A stretch of 63,818 nucleotides of DNA, counting the filler, from Salisapilia sapeloensis CBS 127946 (Eukaryota; Protista; Oomycota): NCBI GenBank assembly GCA_023334545.1. It is 9 parts of 9 records of this genome, joined end to end, with 100 filler letters (N's around TTAATTAATTAA, not from the genome) between each part and the next. Parts side by side here need not be neighbours in the genome. Positions count along the whole stretch, not along the records: positions 1 to 17,691 come from JAADVB010000337.1; 8 more parts are not named here. One strand, given 5' to 3'. The notes beneath the pieces are model-generated. The model saw only the letters and a program-made list of their open reading frames with translations, was not told the origin of the DNA and did not search any database. A program made the position numbers and the translations under genes. Numbering within the stretch: the first letter of the stretch is position 1; each line of letters opens with the position of its first letter. This document shows, piece by piece, positions 1 through 11,523 of this stretch.

Positions 1-2390
1 TTGCCACTTAAAAAGCTCTAAACTAGACAAAATAGTCCAAGTTAATTAGTGTAATAAATTAATATTTAGTTTGTATCCTTACATTTCTTTTAAATTAATA
101 TTTTCAAGAAGTGTTTCAACATACGCAGCTAGTAGTTTTAATTTTAAACAAAAATAATTTGATAACATTAGATTTTGTAAAAATAGATATGAAACACAAA
201 AGTGTTAAAACATACTTCATTTAAATTTTGTGAGACATCAGATACATTGCTTTAATGCATAAAATAGTTGAAGAATGATGTTCAAAATAAATCAAGCTAT
301 GTATTTTCAAATTATGTGTCAAGCATCAATAAATAGGTCAAAATAAATGTTAGAATACAAGGGACTAACATTACAAGTAACATTCGCTTCAACATTATAA
401 AATGTACTGAAAATATTAGTTAAACAGTTTTTTCAAAATAGATAAATTATACATGCATGAAATTATTTTAAACATAAATAATATTTTGAGTTTGTATTGA
501 GAGATTTACACTTGCCAATATAGTTAAACATTTTGATTAAACACATGATAAAATAAAGCATGACGAATAGTTCTATAAATAACCTAGAAGCACACTACTT
601 AAAGTTTTAATTAAATTTAAAAAGGTGTATATCAAAAAAGCAATAAAAATATTATTTATTATAGATTAGAAAAACCAAGTTATAAGAACTAATTTTTGTT
701 AAAAAAATAAAACCATTAAAATTGTAAACACACATTTAGACATAGGTGAAATTTTAAATGAGCACAACATGTTTGTCAAAACACAATACCAATAAAATAA
801 GTGACCAAAATTAATTATATTAACCGTTTTTTTTACGCAAAATATACGTTTTAAACAAAGAGGTCAACAAATAAGGATTCTTGGAAGTCAAAAACGTTTT
901 ATTATAATAAATGCATAATAATGTTTTTCTTTTTACATTAATACTTTTTATTATACATATTGTAGGTCCGCACAAAACTGTAATTGTACGAACTAAATAC
1001 TACAACATTAAAATACTTATACTTATTACAAATGTCTGAATAACTATAAATAAAAATTTTGATTTAATACAAGATATCTGTGTTTTTTTTGTAAGACAAA
1101 AGGTTATATGAAAGTATAATTTTTTTATTAAATATTTTTTAGTAAATTGCTGTTTTCTTTTTTTAGTTTTATCAATAATGGCAACATGTGGTTGATGATG
1201 AGAACAAATAATAAATAAATTTAGATTGTATCAATGGTACATGACCAATATTTAAGAAATTTGTACACAAAAAGAATCAAAAATGACTTAGTGGTAAATT
1301 TACTACAAAAAGTTATTTAATTCGTACAGAGACGTAGCTTTTACAACAACACATATTTTGTTAATACATATAAACAACCTTAATATTTAATTGACACAAA
1401 TTTATACACAATTATAATCTCAAATTAAGTATGAAAGAAATTTATAAGGTATTCACTCAAAAAACATATTGAAAAAAATTATAGTGCCGCTGTTTATTAA
1501 ATCATTGCGAATTTAAAACTTACACAAACATAATTACATTCCTGTAATGATCTACATATAAGATATGACAATATTTAAAATATCTTATCTTTATATATGA
1601 AATGCAATATTTAGGATATTTTTGTAACTGTTTTATTTCTAGCTAAATTACTTGAGTTGTATGTTTTAAGTTTTTCTAAAGAATACAGTAAAATTATTGT
1701 TTACTTTATGAAATTTATTTTCAACGCTTTACATGAAAGCTACCAATAACTTTTTTTACTATATCAATGGTGAGTAAATGATTATTAGAATATATTTTAG
1801 ATGTAAAAAACAGTTTTCTTTGGAAAGGATTATTGTTACTATATTAAACTAACCTAAATGTCTACAACGCTATTTTGTGCTTTAAATTTAAATCGAATTT
1901 ATAGTTTATATTTTTTTGTCTTTATTTAGTTTTGTGTACGAGCATGTTGCACTTTATTGTGATACAACATGTTAATAAATCTGTTTTTTAACAATAATTA
2001 TTATTATATTATGAAGAGGAAGTTTTCAGAACCATATTACTGACATAAAATTGTCCTTTTAAAGCATCAATGTTTGTTTAGATGTGACATTAACGCCAAG
2101 CTATTTTTACTACAAGCAAATATTATTTATTACTACTTTTTTATGACATTTTGTTGGCGATCAAAATTAGAGCTTTAATTTTTTTTTAATATTTTTAAAG
2201 TTTTTTAACCTTTAGTTTGCATTCTGTTCTATATTTATACAATATGTATAATTAACGTTTTTTTGGTTGGTTTTATACTCAAAATTTTAATATGTTAGTC
2301 TCGAGGAGAATAATTTGTTGTATTTCTGCGATTGCTTCTTTCGACGCGTTTTAAAGGTATGAAACTGTTTGTAATGTGTTGTAAATAAAA
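1..2390. other. Very AT-rich, CpG-poor non-coding block
   Basis: Roughly 20-25% GC by eye, no ORF >=60 aa before 2394, long A/T runs. Manual count in bases 1-600: about 3 CpG versus about 13 GpC. Confidence 0.9.
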
Positions 2391-4704
2391 TTTGTGTGTT
2401 TTAGTACGTACCTACTGTTTTGGCAGATTATCCATGAAGCACGCTGTGCTACTACTCTTGACAAAATTATTTATTCTTTTATTGGCTCGAACGTCTGTAT
2501 GAGTGCTGAAGAGACGAAGATTCATTCGCGTATCAACGCCTTAAAAATTTACGGAGTTTTGTTTGCATTCTTTATTTTATGATATTACCGTAACGCTGCT
2601 GCTATGAAGTTACTCTTGGAGTAAGGAGATAATTGCCTGATAACGTCAGTTTTGTGTTGCTAACTGCTTTTTTTCAGCACGCAAGTGTCATCCAGCCGTG
2701 AATATTAACGCTGACAACAACAAATGCCTTATTAAGGGATTTGCTCAACGGTTTGTTATCGCTGCTGTTCTCAAACTTTTACATTTATTGTAGGCAGCTA
2801 TTATTTATCCCTGTACTGATTCGTCCGCAGTTGACAAGCTTCATCTCGTTGACTTGGCTGCATAGCCTAGGACGATATTCTTGTCGTCAAACTAGTATAA
2901 AAAGCTATAACGAGGTTTCTGTCTTAAGGATAGAAAGCATTATGGAAGGCTAATGAAAGCTGTGGTAGCGTCTTCGAAGAAGGCTACGTTAGCGTTTTTA
3001 CCAAATTTGGGTTCACGTGGTGTATGCTAGTCTTGCTATAAATCGGCATGATGACGAGGATATGAATGTCACCTTCGGCGACCTTACGTCATGAGACAAG
3101 ACAACGATGATTCTAAGTCGACCTTCTAGCTGTAACCACCCTACATATACTAGAGATATGCAAATTGTGGTAGCTTAATATCGCAGGCATTTTCAATGCA
3201 GCTGTCATTTAGTCGAACAAGTTGGAAGCTCTTTTGTGCCCGAATGATGTGGTGAGCTAGCGCCACGCCGCCTTATATGCGTCGGCGTTCAATCTTATTC
3301 TGACTCTAATGTAAGTTTAAATTATTCGCTGTAATTGAGTCTAGAGAAATATGCGAATGCAATCTTTCTATGGCAGCCGAGCACGGGATAACAGCAGATA
3401 CGGTAATGGAGACCATATAACCTTCGTATCAATAAAGTTTGCACGGTAGGCTATCACGCTTTAGATCATAGTTGGACGTACTTTAGATACTGTAAGACAC
3501 TCGACGTCAATGTACCTCGTTTCTCATTCATTCATCTATTCAAGCTTTCTTGGTTCTCTCTGGTAAGTTCGTCTAACCATCGTTGTGACCTGTCATAGAC
3601 TCTTTCATTTCAAAATACAACTGTATTTAATTTAATGTGTATTAGCTTAACGCTGAATGTACAGTGCTTATACTACTTTAACTCTAGATGGAAGAGCTAC
3701 GAGGCATGAATAGAGTTGAAAGCAGACGGTGACATGCATTATATAAGAGCGAGGCCGGGATAAACCTGAATCATCTCTGTAATAGTTTGGATCAGCATGT
3801 GACCAAAGATCAGCCCTCGTGAGAATGAGAGAAAGTGATCGGATAAAGCATCACATAGTATCTCGCGTCAGCAAATTAACATTGTATTCAATGCTCGGCA
3901 TTGTACGAGCGCCTTCACTTGGTTCAGATTACAAGAAGTCGCTGAAGGAGCGAGGCTTTCTAAAGGAACACAAACGATCGTTATTTTCGCTGGGCGTCTT
4001 GGGGTTTTGAAAGTCAAGCGGTACCAGCTAGACAACTCAAAGTACAAGATAGAGACAATTGCCTCTGGTTTTAAATTGACGCGATGTTGCATAATTAGAG
4101 CTGTGCAAGATTCATTAGTTCCAAGTAGTTAAGGTGGCCGAAAAGGATTTCAATGCAAACACCTACTACTACCCTGGAGAAGCCTATGGCGAACAACGTT
4201 TAAATCAACTTTGAACCTGTGGAGACAAATAAAGCAGTCTGCACTGGCATCAAAAGGCGGGTGCGACCTGATATACCTGGGCTTTTTGGATTTGAGCTTA
4301 AGACCCACTCCGAACGTACATGTCTACTGAAATATAAATTAAGTTGATAGCATTCATCCACACGAGTCGGCGTTCGAAATTGAACAGTGCTTTCATTATC
4401 GTAGTCGAATGTATAGTCCCTTGACGTACAATTCTGTCGATGTAAAAACATGATAAAAGTAACACAATACAGATTAATGATGAAGCAACAGTTAGCTAGA
4501 ATAAAACAAGTGCTTTCTTCCCGGATACAACGATAAAGCTCTCACCTGGAGGACCACTTCAAAAAGAAACTACATTGATTTACATCCTTATCTTTGCAGC
4601 AAAAGGTAAACCGGTGATTGCAAGCAACATTCCATTCCCCATGTTAATTGCGTAGGTACCACTAGACCGACGATACGTGTGAGCGACGAATCTCAAATTA
4701 TATA

Positions 4705-4718
4705 CCATTCCAGTATTC
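4705..4718 (+). promoter_or_regulatory. Oomycete INR/FPR-like core promoter
   Basis: CCATTCCAGTATTC fits YCATTYYNNNWTTY and lies 44 nt upstream of ATG 4749. Confidence 0.55.
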
Positions 4719-4748
4719 GCCGACCATCGCTTAGACGCAACGCAAGTG

Positions 4749-5702
4749 ATGAAGAGAACAATCACAGTGCATGCCGTTTCAACGCTTCTACTGGCACTTT
4801 TTTTCCAGACAAGGATTCTGGTTCATGGATCAAGTACAAGACACTTACAAGATTTTTCCACTGTAGCTGTCGTGAATGAAACCGAATCTGAAATGCCTCT
4901 GGAAGAAAATCGCATCTATAAAGGTGAAAAAGCTAATCTTGAAGATGACCTACCATGCTTGGTCGGTCTACGAACAAGTACAACTGGTCAAAACTATTGT
5001 GGAGGAGTCTTGATATCCGAAACACGTGTGCTTACGGCGGCGAGTTGCAGACACATGACCAGCGCAGACATGATGGGACCATTCAAGCCACCATCAAGAA
5101 CTGACGACATCTACGTTTCCGTAGGATCGGAAGAGACCGATCGTGACAGGAAAGGTGAGCGAATTAGAGTAGTCGATATGAAGTATGCATCTGCGGACCC
5201 CAACTTACAGCACTACGATGCGATGATTCTTGTACTGGAGCGTCCTGTTTCGGAAATTCATAGGCACTTTGCGACTTTCCAAGGCAGGCATCGCTTTCGA
5301 GATCGTTTTATTATCTCAAATACGAAGAAGGCTACAACTTTTGGGTGGGGTCACGCGCAACCTTATAGCGATATTCCTTCGGGGCTTGAGATCTCCTTCA
5401 TGTCTCCAGGAGAGCTGCACAAAGCGGAACTATCATTAGTATCTGCTAGAAGATGCCAGCAGTTTTACTCGTTTCCTATCACATCTGACATGGTTTGCGC
5501 TGGAGGGGACTACAAGCGTTTAAGCTCAAAGGCGAGGAAGGCACCTTGCGTCGGTGACACCGGCGCACCACTCGTTTCCAACAATAAAATCATTGGGATC
5601 ATGGCGAAAGCTGATACGACGCAATGTGGGCATAAGCCGACGATTTTTATTCGTATTTGGCCTATCTATCGCTGGATTCAGGAAAACTTACGCCCGGACT
5701 AA
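4749..5702 (+). CDS. Secreted trypsin-like serine protease homolog, catalytically altered (glucanase inhibitor protein, GIP-like)
   Basis: Signal peptide; activation-like R|IYKG; CGGVLIS..VLTAASC (His>Ser); YDAMIL (Asp kept); CVGDTGAPL (Ser>Thr); DMVCAGG. Confidence 0.85.
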   Translation: MKRTITVHAVSTLLLALFFQTRILVHGSSTRHLQDFSTVAVVNETESEMPLEENRIYKGEKANLEDDLPCLVGLRTSTTGQNYCGGVLISETRVLTAASCRHMTSADMMGPFKPPSRTDDIYVSVGSEETDRDRKGERIRVVDMKYASADPNLQHYDAMILVLERPVSEIHRHFATFQGRHRFRDRFIISNTKKATTFGWGHAQPYSDIPSGLEISFMSPGELHKAELSLVSARRCQQFYSFPITSDMVCAGGDYKRLSSKARKAPCVGDTGAPLVSNNKIIGIMAKADTTQCGHKPTIFIRIWPIYRWIQENLRPD

Positions 5703-6417
5703 ACGACGTAGACTCGGATTGCGAGTGAATGGTAAGACTTGATTTTTGGCCGAACCGGGCTTTGGCCAGTCTTGCTATGTCACTCCGTGTCGAATCGCCC
5801 GAGAGTTTCTATCTCTCATCTGGCAGTTTACTTTTAACGTACTTGCTTTCAAATAAATTCGCTCTGATCTTCTGTGGCCTGTACTCATGCGTTCAAAGAC
5901 AAATTTGTTTTTCTTATGCTGGTCTTCACACTCAGGAGTTGGCGAACGAGCAAGAGCAAAGGTAACCGACAAGCACACACACAGACACTCAAGATACGAA
6001 TGCAACCTTCCATCGAGTTTACATTGAGATATAGCTGTATATTCAATCTCGTAGGAAGGTTGGGAAAGGCACAAGCAAATCATTAAGTAGTCTCTCGCAT
6101 GAGCTATACGTATATCATAACAATACGATTAGTTTCCATTTGAATCTCATCTATCATCGTCCTTTGTAAACGAATTGAGCAACGAGATAGACTTTCTAAA
6201 TAAAAATTTTGCATGTATCAATTGAACCTCTACTCTCATATCCCTCCAGCATCGTCTATGGCTGCTACCCCGATCCTAAACCGACGTACGCATCCATACC
6301 GCGCTTCCTGCAGATGGGCAGGTGACAGCGCAAAGGTACCTTTTGTCCAATCGCGTTCCTAGTAACGGAAGGGAATAGAAGTCTGTCTCGACCAAGGGCG
6401 CATTGACGTGGCAGTCA

Positions 6418-6434
6418 CCATTCCCAAATTTTCC
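6418..6434 (+). promoter_or_regulatory. INR/FPR-like core promoter
   Basis: CCATTCCCAAATTTTCC begins 25 nt before ATG 6443. Confidence 0.5.
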
Positions 6435-6442
6435 TCGAAGAG

Positions 6443-6823
6443 ATGAGGTCCCTTCTACTCTACGTGCTTTCGACACTCCTGATGGCATCAATTGCAACGG
6501 CGAAGACGCAAGTGCGCACTGCGGACATGGCTGGCGTAACTGGTAGAGGCAATTACGCTGATCCAGGCGAAGGCAACCAGGAACCTGGGAGCGACGATGG
6601 CTCATACCAGACTCCGCATTCCGTTCGTTCGTACGGAGTGACAGACCAGTTTAAAGACCACAACGTTGTCGGCAGCTACGCTACGGTCAATCGTGCGCCT
6701 GGGTTTTACTTCCTCGGCTTTATGGACGGTCCAATGTGGAGCTGCGGAGTGTATCCGCCCCACCGATACAACACTTACAATCGACCTAAGAACGACCTAA
6801 AGGACCCTGGCGACTCGCGCTAA
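6443..6823 (+). CDS. Small secreted protein (126 aa), unknown family
   Basis: Clear signal peptide MRSLLLYVLSTLLMASIATA; intronless; INR/FPR-like element upstream. Confidence 0.75.
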   Translation: MRSLLLYVLSTLLMASIATAKTQVRTADMAGVTGRGNYADPGEGNQEPGSDDGSYQTPHSVRSYGVTDQFKDHNVVGSYATVNRAPGFYFLGFMDGPMWSCGVYPPHRYNTYNRPKNDLKDPGDSR

Positions 6824-7300
6824 TGAGCGCGATTATAACGTCACGAAGCATAGCAGGTAGATGAAGACTACTTTAAAAGTTTCGACCACCACGCGCAACC
6901 AGGACTGTCATCGACTGTTTTTCAGATATCATGTATTTGCAAGATGTGCATGACGGGATTTATCATTTTGATTTGAATTGACGCAACTAGAGGAAGTTTG
7001 GAGGCATGCTTTATCCATCGAAAGCACTTGTATCGATATAAGTTTGCAATCAAACCTTTCTGTTTTGGATTTCTGAATGGTGCACATGAAGGAGCTGATT
7101 TATGCAGTTTGCATTTCTCAGTGTCGCTTATATATCCTTCCAGCATCAATATTTACTTGTTACATAAATCTCTGCTACTAATACATTCTCCGAAGGCCTT
7201 TCTCTCCATCCTCTTGTGATGACAGAGTATCCTCTGTAGGCAGTTTTTATTCGAATATGCACTAGTATATTGCTACTTTTACCTACCCTGCCTATCATTC

Positions 7301-9667
7301 CTAATCCGACGAGGATCCCAACGTACGATTCCATCGTTCTGCAAAGTCTTTCGTTTCAGAGCTAGACTCCCGCAGACCTTCTACCTCGAGCCACTGGGCG
7401 TATGGGAACCGCTTCGGTTTGAGCGTTTGGATACTTTCCGTTCGATCGACGGACGACTCCTTCGCCTGGAGCTGCCCCACTTGCTCCTGTAGCTGCACTA
7501 GATTCTGCGCCAGTTGCTCCGCCCTCATCGTCTCTTGACTCAATTTCGTCTCCATCGTTTCTAGCCTATCCATTGCGTCCTGCCTCTGCGTTTCGCACTC
7601 GGACAAATCGCGTCGGAGGTGCTCAACCGTCTCCAAAGCGCTTCGAATGTCTTGCTTGTGCATCCTCTCCGCTTCATTCATGCCATGCATGATCTGTCCG
7701 ACCTTGGCCTGATGCTCCACCTCCTTGGCCCCAAGGTCCATCTCCTGTCTCTTTGCCATCTTCTGCATCTCGGACCGCAGTTTCCCATTGGCTTTCTCCA
7801 ACTCTTCTTTCTGCTGCTGCGAGTGCACCAACTGGTGCTTGAGTGCCTCATTCTCTTCTTCTACTTGCTCCACACGAGCAGCGAGCTCCGACTTTTCCTT
7901 CTGAACGTCGTAATAGGAAGTGCACATGGCGACGGACGGACTCGTGGTCTTGTGCTGAGCAGACGTGAGAGGGATATTGGGGACGACGCCAAACTGCTGG
8001 TCCAGTCGCCAGTGCGTCCACTTGCCCCAGAGCGCACAGGCCGGGACCAAGTGCTCCGCGTCGTTGTTGGAGCAGAAAAAGCACTTGCCGACCTTGAACG
8101 ACGGCAGGACGGACACCATGGGTTCTGTCCAAGCACTCGTATCCTCTTCACTCCCACCCGACGCAGTCGTCGCGACGGAAGAAGCCGACAAGCGTCTTCG
8201 GAAGCGACTGGAGGGAGGTGTAGCCGTCGACTGTCTATCCGTCGTGTCTTTCGTAGCGTCTGGTCCTCCCGAGACCTTTTGTCTCGAGTCGACGTCACGT
8301 GCTGATCGCCTCGATGACAGCAGCTTGGGATCGAAGCCTGCCGTGTACTCGGATACGATTTTCACTAGCAGCGGGTACTCTTGCTCGAGCCCTGCCTGGA
8401 GCTGCGGATACAGGAAGCATGTGCGTCGGAGGAAAGCAACGAGCTCTTTCCAGGCCAGGACGAACCAGCTGAAGACACCTAGCGTAACGATGATCGAGGC
8501 TAACAAGAGGCCGTAGCCGACGCTGTGTGCCGAGACGATAATCCACGGTGCTGGCATGGTCATGGCCATCATCCAGAGGACAAAGATGCTTCCAATAGGA
8601 AGGACAAAGAGCCACAGCAGGCGTCTCGTCATGATGAGCAGAAAGACGGTGAGGCCGGCGCAGTGGCTGAACCATGCCCACCCTGTCTCTGCGTCCACGA
8701 ACTTGAAGGTTTCTGGCAGCGACGCCCATGCACCGAGCGTAAAGACGGACCAGAGGAGGACGCCGATGAAAAAAGTAGTGCCAGTGGCTTGTCCTAGCTC
8801 GGACGTGTGGCGCGTGACGGGGTTGGTCCGCGCGACGGCGAGCGTGATGCTCTCTCGACTGAGGCGTCGGCGGAGGACGAAGCGCTCGCGCGTGTTGTAC
8901 TCGGAGTAGTACGAGATGACGTTAAAGATGCCAATGACAGGCGCGCAGTAGATGAAGCCCAGCAGACTTTCGACCAGGCGCTCTGGCGGCCGGACGAGGA
9001 AGGAGAGGACGGCGTAGAGAATGGCGGTGCTCCAGCTACCGATGAGCGACGTGACGAAGCCGAGAGGAGTGATCTTGGGGATCGTGTAGAAGGAGAGACC
9101 GAAGACGAGGAAGAGCGCGTCCTAAGATGGATTAGAGCAAGAGTGGGATGGAGGTGGATGGCGTGGACGTACCCATTGATGCAGAGACGATCGCTGGAGT
9201 GTGTAGAGAAGAAGTGTCGGGATGCCATTGCAGATGGCGACGAGGAGCATGACGCGTTCGTTGGTGTGGATGAGGTCCTATGGATGCAATCGTGAGTGTA
9301 CTTGTAGCAGGACGACGTACAATGCTATCTACCCATCGGACGAGGACGAACATGGCGATTTGGAGCACCTAGGAGGCATTTAGAGGACGCGGACGACTAG
9401 ACTGATGCTGCTACGTACGACTAGGAATATTCGAGCTGGTAGCGTCACGCGTAGGTGTTCAATGGGATGCTCTAGACAATCGCCGAGACCAAAGATGAGG
9501 TGGGAGCCTGCCGCTGGTATGAGCGACCGGAGCCATAGGCCCTTCTTCCGGTTGTGCGCGTAAGCTTGATAGGCCTTCTCGAGCTCATCTTGATGGAACT
9601 CGAGCGTGTACTTGTTCAGGCGTACGGTCGAATGCACTCGGTCGAGGTCGTGCGCTTCGGTCGGCAT
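7301..9667 (-). CDS. Four-exon multi-pass membrane protein with C-terminal coiled coil, uncharacterised
   Basis: The 9380-9667 ORF joins the 7301-8698 ORF via three ~50-nt GTACGT..TAG introns (..IFLV|VLQIAMFVLVRWVDSI|DLIHTNERV..HQW|DALFLVFG..). About 10 or more TM segments, then a heptad-rich region. Confidence 0.75.
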
Positions 9668-9751
9668 CCTGATGTGCTTCTCCTATAGAGAGGTGATGGC
9701 GAGTGAGAGACGACATGACAACGATAATCAACTCCTGGACGCATGTATTAA

Positions 9752-11290
9752 CTAGCAACTTGTTATCTCTTGCTCTGCTTCGTCCGGCATGCGCGTTCGC
9801 TGCTGCGCTTCTTCCGCCATGGCCGTCCAGTCGGCGGCGTAGAGCCAGTAGAGGCCGTAGACACCCGAGAGGATGAAGCCGGCGCAGAGGCCGAACCAGA
9901 GACCGACGAGGCCGAGGTGGAGTTTGAAGCCTAGGAAGTATCCGAGCGGCAAGGCCGTGAAGACGAAGGCGACGAGATTGACCTTGGCACCGAGGATCTG
10001 GTATCCGCACCCTCGGTAGATGTTAAGCACGACCGACGAGACGCCAGCAAAGACCTGGACAGGGCACGTGACGCGCATGAGGGCGCTCGTGAGCTCCACG
10101 ACGTCTTCGTCATCCGTGTAGGCAAAGGGGTAGCTAGTACTCAGGGCGAACATGAGTATCGAGGTGGCGAAGGACACGAGCACGACGACGCCGACGCTCA
10201 GGTAGGCAGTCATCTTGGCTCGATGCGGGTCGTTCGCGCCCAGAGCGTTGCCTACTCGGACAGCTCCAGCGCCGGCGATGGACCCGTAGATGAGCGAGCA
10301 GAGGATGCGGAAGCTCATGTACATGGCGTCCGAGCTGAGCGCGACGTCTGCTAGCGGCAGGAGACCTGCCAGTAGCTCGATGCCGCAGAAGCCCCAGAAC
10401 TCGAAGAGCGTGAGCGATAGACCGGAGAGTCCGAGGCGGACGAACTCTGGCAGGACCGCAATCGACTGCGTCCATTTCCACCCGGTCCACTGGTGTCGGA
10501 TCAAGGGCGTCCGGACGATGTAGAGGGCGAGCACGAGCGTGAAGCAGAGGCTTTGGAAGGGAATGGCGACGGCACTGCCGAGGTAGCCCATGTCGGTGTG
10601 GAACATGAGGACGTAGGAGAGGGAGATGTAAACCATGTTGGACGCGACTTCGGCGTAGAGGAGCGGCCGGATGAGGTTCTGGCCCTCTAGCAGTCGCCAC
10701 AGGAGCGTGTTGACGGCGCACGTGGGCAGGCCGAGGAGAGCGTACCAGACGAGGTCTCGCGTGAGGAGCGCAATGTCATGTCGCTGGCCCAGGAGCACCA
10801 GCACGTCGACGCAAAAGTAGCTGACGAGTGCGACGGGGATGCACGCGACGAGGAAGAGGAAGAGTCCGCACTGGAAGAAGACGCCCATCTCGTGCAGCTT
10901 CCCGGCGCCGGCAGCCTGTGTGCACAGCGTCCCCATGGCCGTCCCGAGAGCGACGGTGAGACTGTACCCTGCGAGCGTCATGAATACCCCCGAGAGACTC
11001 TTGGCGGCCATGAACTCGCTCGCGTGCTCTTGGCTGAGGTGACCCGTGTAGACGGCGCTGACAAAGTTCGGTAGGAAGTCTAGCAAGTTGCACAGGAGCA
11101 TTTGGCTGGCCAGAGATGCGAGTGCATGGGACTCTGCCCGAACGATGGAGCGAGAGGCTCTGTAGGTTGTCTTGAGGACCTCTTCTTCCATGAGGAGAGG
11201 CGTGACCTCGGTGGGTATCTCCAGAGGCTTGATCGGATCGATGCGATGGAAGAGCATGTCGTGTTGGGGAGTAGATGTGCGTCGAACCAT
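9752..11290 (-). CDS. MATE family multidrug/toxin efflux transporter
   Basis: 512 aa, ~12 TM; TLCTQAAGAG, FEFWGF, VRVGNALGANDP and LGLVGLWFGL motifs. Confidence 0.93.
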   Translation of the reverse strand: MVRRTSTPQHDMLFHRIDPIKPLEIPTEVTPLLMEEEVLKTTYRASRSIVRAESHALASLASQMLLCNLLDFLPNFVSAVYTGHLSQEHASEFMAAKSLSGVFMTLAGYSLTVALGTAMGTLCTQAAGAGKLHEMGVFFQCGLFLFLVACIPVALVSYFCVDVLVLLGQRHDIALLTRDLVWYALLGLPTCAVNTLLWRLLEGQNLIRPLLYAEVASNMVYISLSYVLMFHTDMGYLGSAVAIPFQSLCFTLVLALYIVRTPLIRHQWTGWKWTQSIAVLPEFVRLGLSGLSLTLFEFWGFCGIELLAGLLPLADVALSSDAMYMSFRILCSLIYGSIAGAGAVRVGNALGANDPHRAKMTAYLSVGVVVLVSFATSILMFALSTSYPFAYTDDEDVVELTSALMRVTCPVQVFAGVSSVVLNIYRGCGYQILGAKVNLVAFVFTALPLGYFLGFKLHLGLVGLWFGLCAGFILSGVYGLYWLYAADWTAMAEEAQQRTRMPDEAEQEITSC

Positions 11291-11523
11291 TGTGTCTAGA
11301 TGAGTGGAGGCTAAAGGAAAACTAGTGTGAAGCTCTCCATGTCGTATAGATCCAAAACCGTCGACGCCTGCGCTGGCGGTGGCGTCAGCGTGGGATGTCT
11401 CGGCTGCATCTCTTCAAGATCTCCTGCATTTGTACCAATCACATGGCTTCATGAGAACTCTGGCTTTTTCCATACGAGGAGCTCGGCGTCTACTATCCCC
11501 CTCCATCGACACTTGGTCGACTC

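Noticed and set aside
2400-4700. Possible transposon relic in intermediate-GC DNA
   Set aside because: Only short stop-riddled frames; no RT, integrase or transposase motif identified.
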